A stretch of DNA of 64,000 bases from Azolla caroliniana (taxonomy: Eukaryota; Plantae; Polypodiophyta): the NCBI GenBank assembly GCA_043228905.1, contig JBHGNT010000007.1, positions 1,178,001 to 1,242,000 on the forward strand, written 5' to 3'. The position numbers and the translations under genes were made by a program. Of the stretch, positions 62,341 through 64,000 are shown piece by piece; the stretch's first letter is position 1, and every line of letters starts with the position of its first letter. The notes below the pieces were generated by a model. That model did not search any database, had not been told where the DNA came from, and saw only the letters and a program-made list of their open reading frames with translations.

Positions 62341-64000
62341 TGGACCTTCTGCAATACATCATTTTTATCCAAAAGACTCAATTTCTAATTTGGTTGTAGT
62401 TATTCTTCTTTCGTACATCCTTAGGACAAGAAATTGTTATTTTTTTATAGCAATGAGATATGTTTAAGACGTTGTTGATATCAACTGTGTAACTTTGTAC
62501 ATAGTCAAGTTTTTCAATCTCAAACATTGTTTTTATCTTAGTGTGAGCACTTGCACATATGTAGTGTGTGTGCCCTTGTTTATGTACACAACATTAATGG
62601 GAAGCTTTTGGCTCTTTGGAAAATTATGTCATGTATAATTAACATCGTTGTCCAGTGAATAAAGGCTCTAGAGTATGGTGTGTCAAAATTTTGAAATCTA
62701 TTGGAAATGTATGTATGACATGTAATGCTCATTTTATCAAGTCTTTCAAACATTTGAATGAAACAAAGACAAATGTTGTAGAACATGTTGCAAATGGATG
62801 TGCGAAAATGAAACGATGTAATAAAATAACCTTTTTCCCAATCACTTTAGGAAACTTTGATGGTTTTCACATGTAGAAATAGCGGTATAATTGGGATCCT
62901 ATTATGACTTCAAAGTGGCTCCGAATATGCATTGACTAAAGTGGGACGAACATTTTGACTTGGAATCAATCTTCTATGCAATTCAAGGTTGTTTAGAAGG
63001 AAGTATAGTATTGCTTATGTTTTTAAAAAAGAAAAATGTACAAAAACATGATTCGTGCATACGGTAAAAGCACGATATAAATTTTTTGTAGCAATTAAGC
63101 CTATTATCTCTTCAAAAACAAAAGAAAATAATGTCATCTGATGAGATTCCCAATGTAGAACTCGACTAGAAATGTAATGATTAATGAGCTTCTAACCTAG
63201 ATAATAAATTAGGATTATCCATTTGGTAAGTGGGTTGGTTTATCACGATTAATACACACGTTGCTACTAGAATATGTATATGACCAGATTCTATGAGTGA
63301 GGTTATAAATGTGATGGAGTTTACAACTGAATGTACGTGGAAATTGAAGCAAAAATACAAGATAATGGAAAATTTGTGCCTACTTACATGAATGTTTCTA
63401 GTGTGCATAGTGTTGCTAGTTGGAGTATCCCCAACCACTAAGTTGTTGCCATGTATGAGAACATATTGCTTATTTTCACGATCATGCCCATGTGAATGGA
63501 CAACAAATATTGAGCAAAATCCATGACTGCTAAATCCGAAAACATATTGCCCACTATCAATCTTCTTAAGTAGATGATGCATGCTTACCTTTACCTTTCC
63601 AATACATACATAATACAAGAGAGAAGCATATATTTAGGCTTTTGTCACCAAGGACATGAACTTTTTCTAAATATTTGAAGCAAGGCAACCATTTTTATTT
63701 TTAAAATGTGTGGTCTGGCATAAAAGCATTTGAATCCGATCTTGTGTCTTTTATAGATATAGTTGCTTAGAATTTTAAGTTGCGTCGTAATCTTTCCCCT
63801 TCCCCCACAAATTTAGTGAGTACACAACCAACGCATTCAACCAATTGTTGCTATCATAATATGTGCTTGAACATAACAACTTCAACCATAATTGTTTAGC
63901 ACACAACCAATTGTCCTTGGAAATAAGATATAATGCTCAATCAATGTTACCGAATCACACCATACCAAGACACTATGATATTGACCCTACTAATCAATAA

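Noticed and set aside
62350-64000. Possible host gene or decayed DNA transposon/viral remnant (145-aa ORF 63181-63618)
   Set aside because: AT-rich, many stops and no motif I can recognise; it would need BLASTX/HMM searches to support any call.

Overview
This window contains no recognisable host gene. About 90% of it is a deeply nested cluster of retrotransposons of eukaryotic type, most consistent with a land-plant genome (inference). Three nests can be resolved from LTR termini, PBS/PPT and target-site duplications (TSDs). (1) 1-18.7 kb: a decayed LINE, then two Ty3/Gypsy 'family A' copies (4-bp TSDs, three solo LTRs inside them) sitting in what appears to be the 5' LTR end of Gypsy copy B1. 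(2) 19.8-36.5 kb: Copia E contains chromovirus D, which contains Copia C, which contains Gypsy B2. (3) 36.5-59.2 kb: Copia F contains Gypsy B3 (itself containing Copia G and a Copia solo LTR) and the intact, very young Copia H (1357-aa ORF, LTRs differing at one visible site). A LINE 3' fragment lies at 61-62.3 kb. The most unusual signal is in the Gypsy B family. All three copies lack a polypurine tract. In its place, 2 nt before the 3' LTR, they carry a sense copy of a tRNA-like 3' end (GTCCYACRRGYGTGCCA), which is a second, inverted PBS. This suggests non-canonical plus-strand priming. The family also encodes a large extra 3' ORF with a long coiled coil. Element names A-H are my own labels. 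Coordinates were read by eye and may be off by a few bases where no TSD anchors them.
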